The notes: generated from the letters alone by a model not told the origin. Positions 6,792-16,394 are shown, counted from the first letter of the stretch. The stretch: 55,702 bases of DNA from Candidatus Curtissbacteria bacterium RIFOXYA1_FULL_41_14 (GCA_001775095.1 MFCA01000002.1:1-55702), one strand, 5' to 3'. A program made the numbers and translations.

Positions 6792-8837
6792 ATGAACATA
6801 CGTATTCCTGCATCCTGGCTGCGAGAATATCTAAAAACAGATATTGCTCTCAAAACTATTGCCAACCATCTTTCGCTGGCTGGTCCAGCGGTCGAAAAAA
6901 TCCAAAAAGTCGAAAACGACTATCTTCTGGATATCGAAGTGACCAGTAATCGCATTGATGCCTTCTCAGTTTTTGGTCTGGCAAGAGAAACTCACGCTAT
7001 TCTAAAAGGGAATAATTTAAAATCAGAACTTGTCAAACCCAAAGGCTTAAATCTTGTGCTCGAACCTGATACCGCAAGTCCTTTAACACTGGATGTCATT
7101 ATCAAAAATCGGAGCCTGTGTCCTCGATTCACTGCAATCATCATTGATAATGTCAAAATTAAACCCTCACCGGCATTTATAAGAAACCGCCTGGAAAAAT
7201 CGGGCATCAGGTCTATAAACAATATTGTTGATATCTCCAATTACATCATGCTTGAACTCGGCCAACCAATGCATACCTTTGACTTTGACAAAATTAAAGG
7301 CGGCAAAATGATTCTCCGTGCAGCCATTGAGGAAGAAAAAATTATCACTCTCGATGGACAAACAAGAAAAATTCCGGCAGGCGCCATAGTTATCGAAGAC
7401 GAGAAAAGGCTTATCGACCTTTGCGGTATCATGGGCGGCGCAAATTCCCAAATCTCCAAAAGAACGAAAAGGGTCGTCCTCTTTGTTCAGGCTTATGATC
7501 CTTTGACCATTCGTAAAACTACCCAGAATCTTGCATTCCGAACAGAGGCAGCAGCCAGGTTCGAAAAAGGAATCGACTTGGAAGGAATTATCCCGTCACT
7601 TTCCCGGGCAGCTTACCTTGCCAAGTTAACAGCGGGTGCAAAAATAGCCTCGGAATTAGTCGACATTGCCAATTATAAGAAGGAACAAAAACCAGTTATC
7701 TTAAATCTGGCAAAGCTTGCTTCTTACCTCAATGTGAAGATACAACCTGAAAAGGCTGCAAGAATCCTTGGGCTTCTTGGTTTTGATGTAAAAACAACAG
7801 CCCAGACTATTACTGCTCAAGCTCCAAGTTGGCGCACAAATGATGTAGAAGATGATGTCGATCTAATTGAGGAAATTGCCCGAATCTACGGTTACCACAA
7901 TCTTTCGTCAAAGCTGCCCAAAGGACAAATTCCTCAAGAGATAAATATCAGTGATCTGGAAAGCGTAATTGATCTTAAAAGGGCTCTTAAGTTTTTAGGA
8001 CTGACCGAAGTTATGACCTATTCGATAATATCTAAAGACCTGCTTAGTCTCGCCCAAGTTGGAGAAAATGAAGCAGTCAAGCTAACTAATCCCCTAACAG
8101 ACCAGTGGCAATTTATGAGGTCAACAATTCTCATATCTTTGGCTCAAATTATTACCAGTAATCAGAATCTACAAAAAAATATGGAAATATTCGAAGTTGC
8201 TAAAACCTACCAGAAAAAAGAGGGTGATTTGCCAAAACAGGATTTAACACTCGCCGTTGCACTCGATAATGCTAATTTTTATCAAATTAAAGGGATTGTT
8301 GAAAACATCTTTGAGATTCTTGCGCGTGATATTAAATTTCAAAAACTGACCGGCAATAATCCACTTTTTGAAAAAGAAAATTCGGCCCAAGTTAAAATAG
8401 GGGATACAGTTGTTGGTACTTTGGGGATTTTAAGTTCGCAAGTCACCGACTATTTTAAAAATGAAAATCCAGTCGCAGCAGTCGAAATAAATCTGTCAGC
8501 AGTCTACAGTCTACCGACTACAGCTAAATCATTTAGGCCGATCCCTAAATACCCGTCGGTTATTGAGGATATCTCGGCTGTATTTGAAGTTGAAACCGCA
8601 CTTGCGGAAATTGTATCTGCAATAAAAGAATCAGGTAAACCCCTAGTTAATAAAGTCGAGGTAATCGACGTTTATCAGAATGAGAAAATCGGGACAGATA
8701 AAAAGTCCGTGACCCTGCGTCTGTCCTATCAAAAATCATCAGGCACACCTACTCAAGAAAAAGTTACTCAGATAAGAAACAAGGTAATTTCCTCCCTTGA
8801 AAAAACTCTTAAAGCAAAAGTCCGAACTTCCACTTGA
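6792..8837 (+). CDS. pheT: Phenylalanyl-tRNA synthetase beta subunit (short form without the OB-fold tRNA-binding domain)
   Basis: The N-terminal B1 motif WLREYL runs directly into DIEVTSNRIDAFSVFGLARE. B3/4, B5 and FDX-ACB-like C-terminal regions are present. 681 aa. Confidence 0.93.
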   Translation: MNIRIPASWLREYLKTDIALKTIANHLSLAGPAVEKIQKVENDYLLDIEVTSNRIDAFSVFGLARETHAILKGNNLKSELVKPKGLNLVLEPDTASPLTLDVIIKNRSLCPRFTAIIIDNVKIKPSPAFIRNRLEKSGIRSINNIVDISNYIMLELGQPMHTFDFDKIKGGKMILRAAIEEEKIITLDGQTRKIPAGAIVIEDEKRLIDLCGIMGGANSQISKRTKRVVLFVQAYDPLTIRKTTQNLAFRTEAAARFEKGIDLEGIIPSLSRAAYLAKLTAGAKIASELVDIANYKKEQKPVILNLAKLASYLNVKIQPEKAARILGLLGFDVKTTAQTITAQAPSWRTNDVEDDVDLIEEIARIYGYHNLSSKLPKGQIPQEINISDLESVIDLKRALKFLGLTEVMTYSIISKDLLSLAQVGENEAVKLTNPLTDQWQFMRSTILISLAQIITSNQNLQKNMEIFEVAKTYQKKEGDLPKQDLTLAVALDNANFYQIKGIVENIFEILARDIKFQKLTGNNPLFEKENSAQVKIGDTVVGTLGILSSQVTDYFKNENPVAAVEINLSAVYSLPTTAKSFRPIPKYPSVIEDISAVFEVETALAEIVSAIKESGKPLVNKVEVIDVYQNEKIGTDKKSVTLRLSYQKSSGTPTQEKVTQIRNKVISSLEKTLKAKVRTST

Positions 8838-8869
8838 TTTTATTTCGCAATTTTTATATTATCTTCAGC

Positions 8870-9325
8870 ATGGTTGAAGCATTAACAGGAGAAAAACTGC
8901 CATTCTCACAAGAAAGCAGCGATGTACTATATCACGCTACTAATGAAGTAAAAAGGCAAGGGATTAATTACAGAAGTATTGATCATTTAGTTTGCGGACT
9001 ACTGAAAGATGATAACATACAAAAAAAGCTAAATGAATTAGGAGTCGATTTGGAAAAAATTAACTCTGCTGTCTGTAAGTCAATACGTTTAACTCCAGGC
9101 AGTCACTCAGTCATTGGTCTAATCGACAATCCAGGAACAACAGAAGAGGTATTACAACTAGCCGCTAAAGAAAGCAGCCAAAGAGGAGCTTGTCAAATTA
9201 CACCTGTTGATATTTTAATAGCAGTCATGACTGAAGGTAACAATACCGCGGCAAAAGCGTTGAGAGAGTCAGGTGTTACCTTTGATAAACTAAGAATCTC
9301 TTGCTACTCAATGCAAAATCTTTAA
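8870..9325 (+). CDS. Stand-alone Clp N-terminal (Clp_R repeat) domain protein
   Basis: Two repeats resemble the ClpA/ClpB N-domain (VLYHATNEVKRQG...IDHLVCGLL; VLQLAAKESSQRG...VDILIAVM). No AAA+ module. First ATG at 8870. Confidence 0.55.
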   Translation: MVEALTGEKLPFSQESSDVLYHATNEVKRQGINYRSIDHLVCGLLKDDNIQKKLNELGVDLEKINSAVCKSIRLTPGSHSVIGLIDNPGTTEEVLQLAAKESSQRGACQITPVDILIAVMTEGNNTAAKALRESGVTFDKLRISCYSMQNL

Positions 9326-9331
9326 CTATAG

Positions 9332-11914
9332 TCAGTCACTCCACGACTCTCCGACAGAAACCGTAATTTCCTGCTCGGAATCACGCCCGGCCTCGTTATA
9401 AGCCTTGACTTTTACTTTGTGTTTACCTTTATTACTTTCGGCAAAGGTAAAATTAAATTTATACGGACCATCGCCTGTCTTGTTGTCTTTTATTGAGCCG
9501 TCTATATAAAACTCAACTTTGGTTACCTTGCGGCCTGTTTGAACCTCGACTTCCGTCTCGAAACTCAAATCCACCTGGTTATGATCTGAGGGTTTATTGA
9601 TCTTAACTTTAATCTCATCAGGATTTTCTGTCGGTTCATTCTTAAGTTCGCTCGGCGGACGATACTTGGGATCGGATTGACTCTGTGCCCAGGCATCAAT
9701 TCCTTCCTGCCAGCGGTTTTTGCCGTCAGTAGAAACTGGATCAAACTCGACAAAAACAAGATAATCCTTGCCGTCTAAAGTCTTTTCAACTAAACAATCG
9801 CGTGTCGGCTCAGTACCTTTAATAAAATACTCGCTTCTTTTAGGGTAATCTCGGCAGGGAAGACCGCCACCTAAAGCATCAATCTCCAGAGCTGTAACAC
9901 TATCGGGCTTGCCAAAACCTTCCGGCCCTTTATCTTTTAAAACTCTACTCATCAGTCGATTCCAAATCGGAGTAGCGCCAGTGACTCCTGAGGCAATCTT
10001 TGGATTCATTTCAGAATTGTCATTATTACCTACCCAAACACCTACAGCTGCAGACGGGGTATAGCCGACAGCCCAGTTGTCCCGTTTATCATCAGTTGTC
10101 CCGGTCTTCACCGCAACAGTTTTACTGCTAATATTTAAAAGGGAAGAAGGTCCAAAGACGTCACTTCTGGCGTTATTGTCTGAAAGAATATGTGAAATCA
10201 GGAAAGCGATATCCTCATCAATGACTTGTTTGCTTTTCCTTTCTTTAACTTCATCCATAACTTTGTTATTTTTATCCTCAACCTTAAGGATGGCAACGGG
10301 TTCGAGATATTTGCCGCGATTTGCTAAAGTCGCATAGCCTGATGTTAGATCCAAAAGCCTAACTTCACCACCTCCAAGAGTTATGGAAAGACCAAAACGC
10401 TTCAGGTTTTCATCTGAAGGTTCCAATGATTTGAGACCGGCTTCATACGCAGTCCTTAGCATGTTCTTAATCCCGACTAAAGCGGTCATCTTAACAGCCG
10501 GCATATTGATTGAATTGCCCAGAGCAAATCGAATTTGAACCGGACCCCGACTTTTTCCATCGTAATTAACGGGTTTATAAGACGGTTGACCAGCCCCTCC
10601 TGGGAATTCGGTAGGAACATCCATTATCACAAAAGCGGGTGTGTAACCGGCTTTAAAAGCCGTAGCGTAAGTAAATGGTTTAAGAGCAGAACCGGGCTGA
10701 CGCAGAGATAACGCCACGTTAACCTGACCCTCATAATCTTTGGCGAAATAATCTTTAGACCCGACCATTGCCAAAACCTCAGAAGTCACCGGATCCATGA
10801 CTACGGCCGCTCCGTTTCCCACATGAAGGTCAGCAACTTTGGCAACCTCCTCAGTCACTATTTTCTGGGCATCATCCTGCAGGTCAAGATCGAGAGTGGT
10901 AGTAACTTTTAACCCTCCCTGTTCCAGAAATTTTTCGCCATATCTTTCTGCCAGCAGGTTTCTGACATAAAAAACGAAATGGGGTGCTCTAATTCCTTGT
11001 TCACTGGCGCTAAATTTAATCTGGGGTATTTCTTTTTTTAATTCTTCCTCTTGCTCACGAGTGATATAACTATCCTCGCGCATTCTCCTTGCCACATCTT
11101 CCGCTCGTTTGATATAAGCCTCGGGTTCCGCCCCAAAAGGTGAATAATATGAAGGACGCTGCGGGAAACCTGCTAAAATAACCGCTTCAGCTAAAGTTAA
11201 ATCCTTTGCTTCTCTACTAAAGTAAGTTTGAGAAGCTGCTTCGATTCCCCAAGCCGTACCGCCGTAGGGAACTTCATTCAAATAAATTTGCAATATTTCG
11301 TCTTTAGTATATTTACGTTCGACTTGAATAGCCAAAATAAATTCTTTTATTTTACGCGTTATTGTCCGCTCCGGAGAAAGAAGGCTATTTTTTACAACTT
11401 GCTGCGTAATTGTAGAACCTCCCTGTAGTTTGTGAAAAATTAAGATGTTAAAAACAGCCCTTCCAATACCTACTGGGGAAAATCCGCGATGCTCATAAAA
11501 ATCTTTATCTTCAATAGCAATTGTTGCCTCTTTAACATATGACGGCAACTCGTTCCATTTAACAAGTGCCCGGTTTTTCTCTCCAAAAATGTCGTAAAGA
11601 AGTTTTCCATTACGATCGTAGATTTTTGTTGAAAGAGAAGCATCTCTGGCTGTTAACTTATATGGAGAGGGCAAATCCTTGGCGAAAACTATAAAAGAGA
11701 AAACTGTAAAGATAATAAGGCCGATTAGCGAAAAAAAGACTAAAGTTGTAATAAGACCAAAAAAACGAATCCAAAAACGGCGCTTATCGAAGTTTGATGG
11801 TTTTAAGAATGGGTGACTGGAAGAGCGGGATGAAAGTTTGGCTAGTCTTGATGAGAATTTACGGCTTCCCGGGCGATATGGTGCAAACTTCATAATTTCA
11901 AACAGAGAAGCCAC
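9332..11914 (-). CDS. Class A penicillin-binding protein (transglycosylase plus transpeptidase) with a C-terminal Ig-like domain
   Basis: GT51 motifs EDKDFYEHRGF, GGSTITQQ, RKIKE. Transpeptidase motifs SALKP, SINMP, KTGTT. The start may be the ATG at 11893 rather than the GTG at 11914. Confidence 0.92.
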   Translation of the reverse strand: MASLFEIMKFAPYRPGSRKFSSRLAKLSSRSSSHPFLKPSNFDKRRFWIRFFGLITTLVFFSLIGLIIFTVFSFIVFAKDLPSPYKLTARDASLSTKIYDRNGKLLYDIFGEKNRALVKWNELPSYVKEATIAIEDKDFYEHRGFSPVGIGRAVFNILIFHKLQGGSTITQQVVKNSLLSPERTITRKIKEFILAIQVERKYTKDEILQIYLNEVPYGGTAWGIEAASQTYFSREAKDLTLAEAVILAGFPQRPSYYSPFGAEPEAYIKRAEDVARRMREDSYITREQEEELKKEIPQIKFSASEQGIRAPHFVFYVRNLLAERYGEKFLEQGGLKVTTTLDLDLQDDAQKIVTEEVAKVADLHVGNGAAVVMDPVTSEVLAMVGSKDYFAKDYEGQVNVALSLRQPGSALKPFTYATAFKAGYTPAFVIMDVPTEFPGGAGQPSYKPVNYDGKSRGPVQIRFALGNSINMPAVKMTALVGIKNMLRTAYEAGLKSLEPSDENLKRFGLSITLGGGEVRLLDLTSGYATLANRGKYLEPVAILKVEDKNNKVMDEVKERKSKQVIDEDIAFLISHILSDNNARSDVFGPSSLLNISSKTVAVKTGTTDDKRDNWAVGYTPSAAVGVWVGNNDNSEMNPKIASGVTGATPIWNRLMSRVLKDKGPEGFGKPDSVTALEIDALGGGLPCRDYPKRSEYFIKGTEPTRDCLVEKTLDGKDYLVFVEFDPVSTDGKNRWQEGIDAWAQSQSDPKYRPPSELKNEPTENPDEIKVKINKPSDHNQVDLSFETEVEVQTGRKVTKVEFYIDGSIKDNKTGDGPYKFNFTFAESNKGKHKVKVKAYNEAGRDSEQEITVSVGESWSD

Positions 11915-11963
11915 ACTGGCATGAAGAACCGTAGTTCTGTGCCAAGTGGACCTGCTGATATAA
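11901..11963. repeat. Degenerate copy of the TATATCAG...CTGATATA palindromic element (family A)
   Basis: aacagagaagccacactggca...tgccaagtggacctgctgatataa aligns with 44237-44312. Confidence 0.6.
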
Positions 11964-12011
11964 AAGCTAAGTAGAGATAATTATATATCAGGACCACCTG
12001 CTTTGCGAACA

Positions 12012-12040
12012 TTGCCATAAAACCTCCATCATTGTAATAT
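12012..12040 (+). promoter_or_regulatory. Putative promoter of tyrS (TTGCCA-17-TAATAT), 8 nt before the ATG
   Basis: Hexamers and spacing read directly. No SD. Implies a leaderless or near-leaderless mRNA. Confidence 0.5.
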
Positions 12041-12048
12041 TTGATGGT

Positions 12049-13215
12049 ATGGATAAGATCGATAAGGTTTTAACAAAAGTAGTCGAGCAAATCCTTCCAA
12101 ACAAAGAGGGTTTAGCTAAACTCATGGCTTCTAAAAAGATCCGCGTTTACCTTGGTGTCGATCCGACAGGTAGTAGACTTCATCTTGGCCATACTATCCC
12201 TCTGCGTAAACTCCAGGAGTTCGCGGACCTTGGCCATGAAGCGATTCTGTTATTTGGCACAGGAACTGTTCTTACAGGTGATCCATCGCAACGCGCTCAA
12301 GCCCGCACAAAAATAACCCAAGAGGAAATTGATAAAAATATTAAAACATGGAAATCCCAAACGCAGAAGATTATCAACTTTGACAAAGTCAAAATTAAGG
12401 AAAATGGTGATTGGCTATTGAAACTGAACCTTGCTGACATTATCAATATCGCCTCGAATTTGTCTGCAACTCAGCTTTTTAAGCGTGACATGTTTCAAGA
12501 CAGGATTAAACACGGCAATACTGTCTGGACTCATGAAATGCTTTACCCAATGCTTCAAGGTTATGATTCGGTCGCAATGGATGTCGATTTGGAAATAGGC
12601 GGCACGGACCAAACTTTCAATATGTTAATCGGCCGCGAACTTCAGAAAAAAATGAAGAACCGGGAAAAATTTGTTTTGACAACACCCTTAATCTCTGGAA
12701 CTAATGATAAACCAATGAGCAAATCCTCAGGAAATTGCATTTGGCTTGATGATTCACCGCAAGATATATTTGGCAAAATCATGTCAATGGCAGACAGTCA
12801 AATAGGAGAGTACTGGCTAAATCTCACTGATCTCGACCCTCAAGAACTAAAAAGTTTCAAGCCTCTAAATGCCAAGAAAAAACTGGCTTTTGAAATCGTC
12901 AAACAGTTTTATGCCGAAGAAATTGCAAGACACACCATGGAAGAATTTGAAAGAGTTTTTCAAAAAAAAATGCTCCCTTTAAATATCCCAATAACCAAAA
13001 GCTCCGGGGCAACAATCTCACAAGCCATATTAGATTCGGGCTTATCTGGAAGCATTTCGGAGTCAAAACGACTTATACAACAGGGAGCAATAAGCGGAAC
13101 TATAAGCCCTAATAAGCCATTCGGAAAGATTTCTGACCCAAAAGAGCCATTCACCGGAGATATTATAGTTAAAAAAGGAATCAATATTGTTAAAATAACA
13201 AAACAGGAAAAATGA
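12049..13215 (+). CDS. tyrS: Tyrosyl-tRNA synthetase
   Basis: HIGH-type motif GVDPTGSRLHLGH, KMSKS-type motif KPMSKSSGN, S4-like C-terminus (SKRLIQQGAI). Confidence 0.93.
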   Translation: MDKIDKVLTKVVEQILPNKEGLAKLMASKKIRVYLGVDPTGSRLHLGHTIPLRKLQEFADLGHEAILLFGTGTVLTGDPSQRAQARTKITQEEIDKNIKTWKSQTQKIINFDKVKIKENGDWLLKLNLADIINIASNLSATQLFKRDMFQDRIKHGNTVWTHEMLYPMLQGYDSVAMDVDLEIGGTDQTFNMLIGRELQKKMKNREKFVLTTPLISGTNDKPMSKSSGNCIWLDDSPQDIFGKIMSMADSQIGEYWLNLTDLDPQELKSFKPLNAKKKLAFEIVKQFYAEEIARHTMEEFERVFQKKMLPLNIPITKSSGATISQAILDSGLSGSISESKRLIQQGAISGTISPNKPFGKISDPKEPFTGDIIVKKGINIVKITKQEK

Positions 13216-13328
13216 AGCTTTTCAAGCGTTCTTATCTTAAAAAAATCTGGATTGCAATTGTTGTCATTGCCGGACTAAGCTTTATCATTGGCCAATTCGC
13301 CTTCTATCTTCTCTACGGCTTTCAATAA
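13212..13328 (+). CDS. Possible 38-aa membrane peptide
   Basis: ATGA overlap with the tyrS stop. MKLFKRSYLKKIWIAIVVIAGLSFIIGQFAFYLLYGFQ has one TM segment. Below the ORF-track size cutoff. Confidence 0.3.
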   Translation: MKLFKRSYLKKIWIAIVVIAGLSFIIGQFAFYLLYGFQ

Positions 13329-13370
13329 AAACTTCAATTGCTAGCCTACATACTGAATTTTTCGAACTCA

Positions 13371-13405
13371 ACTTTACACTTTACACTTTACACTTTACAC
13401 TTTAC
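13371..13405. repeat. Heptanucleotide tandem array (actttac x5) ending 5 nt before the recG ATG
   Basis: Five perfect units read directly. Confidence 0.95.
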
Positions 13406-13410
13406 CTGTT

Positions 13411-15492
13411 ATGGACCCAAAAACTCCTGTTAGTCAGCTTTCCGGAATAGGCAAGTGGTATTCCCAAAAGTTAAAACGCCTAGAAGTCAAAACCTTAGAG
13501 GATCTTATCTATCACTTTCCTTTCCGCTGGGATGATTTTTCTACTATTGCTAATATAAACAATATTACTCCCGGCGAAAAATTAAGCATTCAGGGCATTG
13601 TTTGGAAAATTCAAAATATCAGAACTCGCATGGGCAAATTTGTAACCTTGGCAACGATTGCCGATCAGTCGGGAACAATTGAAGTTATCTGGTTCAATCA
13701 GCCCTTTTTAACAAAAATCATCAAAGCCGGAATGCAAATTTCTCTTGCCGGCAAAGTTGAAGTTGAGGGATCTAAACCAAAACTTGTTTCCCCATCCTAC
13801 GAAATCATCAAAAGCCCTGATGTGCCAAGCTATACCACCCCAGGGGTGTCTTACGTTGACACCTCAGGAAAAGGAGTTTCCCAGACGCTACACACAGGAA
13901 GACTTGTCCCTATTTATCCGGAAACAGAAGGTGCTACTTCAAAATGGATTCGTGCCAAAATCGCTAAATATCTGCCGATTTATACAAAAAACCTGAAAGA
14001 TCATTTACCCAAAAAAATTATGGAGGAGGAACAGTTGGAAAAATTGGAATCAGCGCTAAAAAAAATCCATTTCCCAAAAAATTATGGTGAGGTTAGTCAG
14101 GCAAAGCTGAGATTAGCCTTTGATGAATTATTTCTAACACAACTAATGGCAATTTTGGCAAAAGAAAAATGGAAACAAAATCGCAAAGCGTTACCAATGA
14201 CTATAGACAAATCCAAAATTCTGACCCTTACCAAAGTCCTTCCCTTTAATCTAACCGACGCTCAAAAAAGGGCCTGCCGCGAAATTGCCAAAGATATGCA
14301 AAGGGAAATCCCCATGAATAGACTTCTGGAAGGCGACGTCGGTTCCGGAAAAACGGTTGTTGCCGCTATTGCGTCCTATATCGCATTTCTCAATGGGACA
14401 GATACTCTTGTAGCTGCTCCTACTGAGATTCTAACTTTCCAGCATCAAAAAACTTTTGAGGAAATCCTCTCGCCCTTTAAAGTGACAGTCGGCATTTGGA
14501 CAGGAAGCCGAAAGATCAAAGGTGACATTACGTGCGGCACTCACGCCCTCTTAACTACTTTTAAACCGCAAAAACAAGTCGGATTGGTAATAGTTGACGA
14601 ACAACACCGTTTCGGGACAGCTCAAAGGGCTAAGCTTTTTATGGATCAGTCCGGCAAATTAACTCCTCACCTTTTAACGATGACTGCAACGCCAATTCCC
14701 CGAACCCTTGCCCTGACTCTTTATGGTGATCTTGATTTATCAGTACTTGACCAAATGCCGACAGGCCGTCAAAAAATTGCCACCTTTGTCGTTCCAAACA
14801 ACAAGAGAAACGATGCCTATGGGTTTATTGAAAAAGAGATATCGGCCGGCAGGCAAGCATTTATTATCACACCATTTGTCGAACCTTCAGAAACAATGGC
14901 TACGGTCAAGGCAGCAACAGAAGAATTTACAAAACTCAAGAAAAATTTTTCTAAAAAAGTCAAACTTGGCCTTTTGCACGGCCGCCTTAAATCCAAAGAA
15001 AAAGAAAAAATCATCAATAACTTTAAAAACGTAAAGGTCGATATTTTAGTTGCCACTCCAGTCGTCGAAGTCGGAATTGACGTTCCCAACGCCACTATTA
15101 TGATGATAGAATCTGCTGACCGTTTTGGACTAGCCCAGCTTCATCAACTCCGCGGCCGGGTTGGCAGAGGAAAGTATAAGTCTTATTGTTTGCTTTTTAC
15201 CGATTCCCTACAAGAAAGTTCTATCGGCCGTCTTAAAAGCATGGAAAGACTTCAAATAGGATTTGAATTAGCCGAAGCTGATCTTGAAATGCGCGGACCG
15301 GGCGAAATCTTTGGACTTAAACAATCCGGCTTTGTCGATTTTAAGATTGCCAGTCTTTCCGATCATCAACTAATCGAAAAAACCCAAAAAGCCGCCCAGA
15401 AAGTTGCAAATTCCGATCCCACCCTCAAAAAATACCCGCTCCTTGCTGAAAAAATTTCTCAACTCTCAGCCGATTACTCCCAACCAAACTGA
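13411..15492 (+). CDS. recG: ATP-dependent DNA helicase RecG
   Basis: Wedge/OB N-terminus and helicase motifs GDVGSGKT, DEQHRFG, TATPIPR, QLHQLRGRVGRG. Confidence 0.95.
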   Translation: MDPKTPVSQLSGIGKWYSQKLKRLEVKTLEDLIYHFPFRWDDFSTIANINNITPGEKLSIQGIVWKIQNIRTRMGKFVTLATIADQSGTIEVIWFNQPFLTKIIKAGMQISLAGKVEVEGSKPKLVSPSYEIIKSPDVPSYTTPGVSYVDTSGKGVSQTLHTGRLVPIYPETEGATSKWIRAKIAKYLPIYTKNLKDHLPKKIMEEEQLEKLESALKKIHFPKNYGEVSQAKLRLAFDELFLTQLMAILAKEKWKQNRKALPMTIDKSKILTLTKVLPFNLTDAQKRACREIAKDMQREIPMNRLLEGDVGSGKTVVAAIASYIAFLNGTDTLVAAPTEILTFQHQKTFEEILSPFKVTVGIWTGSRKIKGDITCGTHALLTTFKPQKQVGLVIVDEQHRFGTAQRAKLFMDQSGKLTPHLLTMTATPIPRTLALTLYGDLDLSVLDQMPTGRQKIATFVVPNNKRNDAYGFIEKEISAGRQAFIITPFVEPSETMATVKAATEEFTKLKKNFSKKVKLGLLHGRLKSKEKEKIINNFKNVKVDILVATPVVEVGIDVPNATIMMIESADRFGLAQLHQLRGRVGRGKYKSYCLLFTDSLQESSIGRLKSMERLQIGFELAEADLEMRGPGEIFGLKQSGFVDFKIASLSDHQLIEKTQKAAQKVANSDPTLKKYPLLAEKISQLSADYSQPN

Positions 15493-15509
15493 TATATTTT
15501 CACAAAAAA

Positions 15510-15518
15510 TGATATTAT
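15510..15518 (+). promoter_or_regulatory. Extended -10 box (TGaTATTAT) 8 nt upstream of the ATG at 15527
   Basis: aaaaaTGaTATTAT atctccct ATG, read directly. Confidence 0.35.
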
Positions 15519-15526
15519 ATCTCCCT

Positions 15527-16021
15527 ATGGAAAGACGCAAGTTCTTGAAACTAGTAAGACTATTAGCAATCGTCGGTGGCCTCAAAGCCACTGATAAAAT
15601 CTTTCATTGGGAAAGAGCTTCGATAGATAGAGAATTGGCCATCCGGTTCAACGAAAGATTCGATGCTTTCTATCCAAAAATGTTTCCCGAAGGCACACCT
15701 GAAGAAGAAATGCTAGTTCCCGACGAATTGATGTGGGGAAGGGGCTTTGATATTAACGATCAAAACGGATACGGTCGTGTCGCTCTTGTAAAAAGACCTG
15801 ATTGCAGACGAGGGGTTTTGGCCTACATCCCTTGTGAAAAAAGCCCAATGGAGCTAACTACTCTGGGTAAGGATATAATTATAAGAAAAAACATCGCTTT
15901 AGCAAAAGAGTCAATTGATAGGCTTTGGCAACAAATTGAATCCGCTTGGGAAAACCGTCTAAATCCGCCAGTCCAAACCCCTCAACCTGGTATCCCGCTG
16001 AAACCCTGCTTAGAAAACTAA
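15527..16021 (+). CDS. Hypothetical exported protein (Tat-like N-terminus MERRKFLKLVRLLAIVGG)
   Basis: The internal ATG at 15527 lies just after the recG stop. The longer ORF-track start overlaps recG. Confidence 0.5.
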   Translation: MERRKFLKLVRLLAIVGGLKATDKIFHWERASIDRELAIRFNERFDAFYPKMFPEGTPEEEMLVPDELMWGRGFDINDQNGYGRVALVKRPDCRRGVLAYIPCEKSPMELTTLGKDIIIRKNIALAKESIDRLWQQIESAWENRLNPPVQTPQPGIPLKPCLEN

Positions 16022-16047
16022 GGTTTTCGTTCAGCTAAACTTTAGAT

Positions 16048-16075
16048 TTGACACCAAGTTGGTTTCTGCTATAAT
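16048..16075 (+). promoter_or_regulatory. Near-consensus promoter TTGACA-16-(TGc)TATAAT
   Basis: Read directly. No ORF follows it for about 300 nt. Confidence 0.6.
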
Positions 16076-16082
16076 CCAACCG

Positions 16083-16226
16083 TATCGAAGAGTCAGAGAA
16101 TCAAAACCGTTTGACCCTCTGACTCCTTGACCCCGTTAGAAGTTTGTTTTTAAATCTATATTTCGAAAAGTCTCTTCGGAGATCTTTAAGTCTGTATAAG
16201 TTGAAATACCATACTTCTAACGGGGT
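16083..16226 (+). ncRNA. Candidate structured small RNA of unknown class
   Basis: Downstream of the strong promoter there is a 9-bp perfect hairpin (16090-98/16117-25). It is followed by a 95-nt hairpin with a 13-bp perfect basal stem (16131-43/16213-25) and a cUUCGg-capped apical stem. No ATG-initiated ORF. Confidence 0.35.
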
Positions 16227-16245
16227 TGATACCCAACTATTTTAG

Positions 16246-16280
16246 TCAATTGCCAATTGTCAATTGTAAATTGTAAACTA
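16246..16280. repeat. Heptanucleotide tandem array (tcaattg/taaattg, 5 units)
   Basis: Read directly. Confidence 0.85.
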
Positions 16281-16283
16281 TTT

Positions 16284-16346
16284 ATATATCAGCAGATCGC
16301 CTTGGCACAATTCTTCAAATTCGTGCCAATGGCGCTCCTCTGATAT
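16284..16346. repeat. Family A palindromic element (MITE/REP-like), inverted orientation
   Basis: atatatcagcagatcgccttggcac-aattcttcaaattc-gtgccaatggcgctcctctgatat. Confidence 0.85.
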
Positions 16347-16347
16347 T

Positions 16348-16376
16348 TTTGCAAAATAATATTTATTAAGTAGAAT
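16348..16376 (+). promoter_or_regulatory. Putative rpmF promoter TTTGCA-17-TAGAAT
   Basis: Read directly. An 18-nt leader containing AAGGAAA precedes the ATG at 16395. Confidence 0.5.
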
Positions 16377-16394
16377 TAAGGAAATTTCGCAAAA

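Noticed and set aside
6992-7459. Three overlapping minus-strand ORFs inside pheT
   Set aside because: They are antisense to a well-supported conserved gene and have no independent signals.
9565-11428. ORFs 9565-9759(-), 10077-10337(+) and 11228-11428(+) within the PBP gene
   Set aside because: They are alternative-frame or antisense ORFs inside a conserved 860-aa CDS and have no motifs.
13745-15095. Alternative-frame ORFs inside recG (13745-13996, 14723-15034, 14817-15095)
   Set aside because: They lie inside a conserved helicase CDS. Their Lys-rich, low-complexity translations are typical of frame-shifted AT-rich coding DNA.
16083-16226. Identity of the structured RNA as SRP (4.5S), 6S, RNase P RNA or tmRNA
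   Set aside because: It has none of the SRP domain IV motif (GGAAGCAGCC-like), the RNase P GAGGAAAGUCC box, or a tRNA-like end with a tag ORF. The architecture (two hairpins) does not fit 6S. It is kept only as an unclassified candidate.
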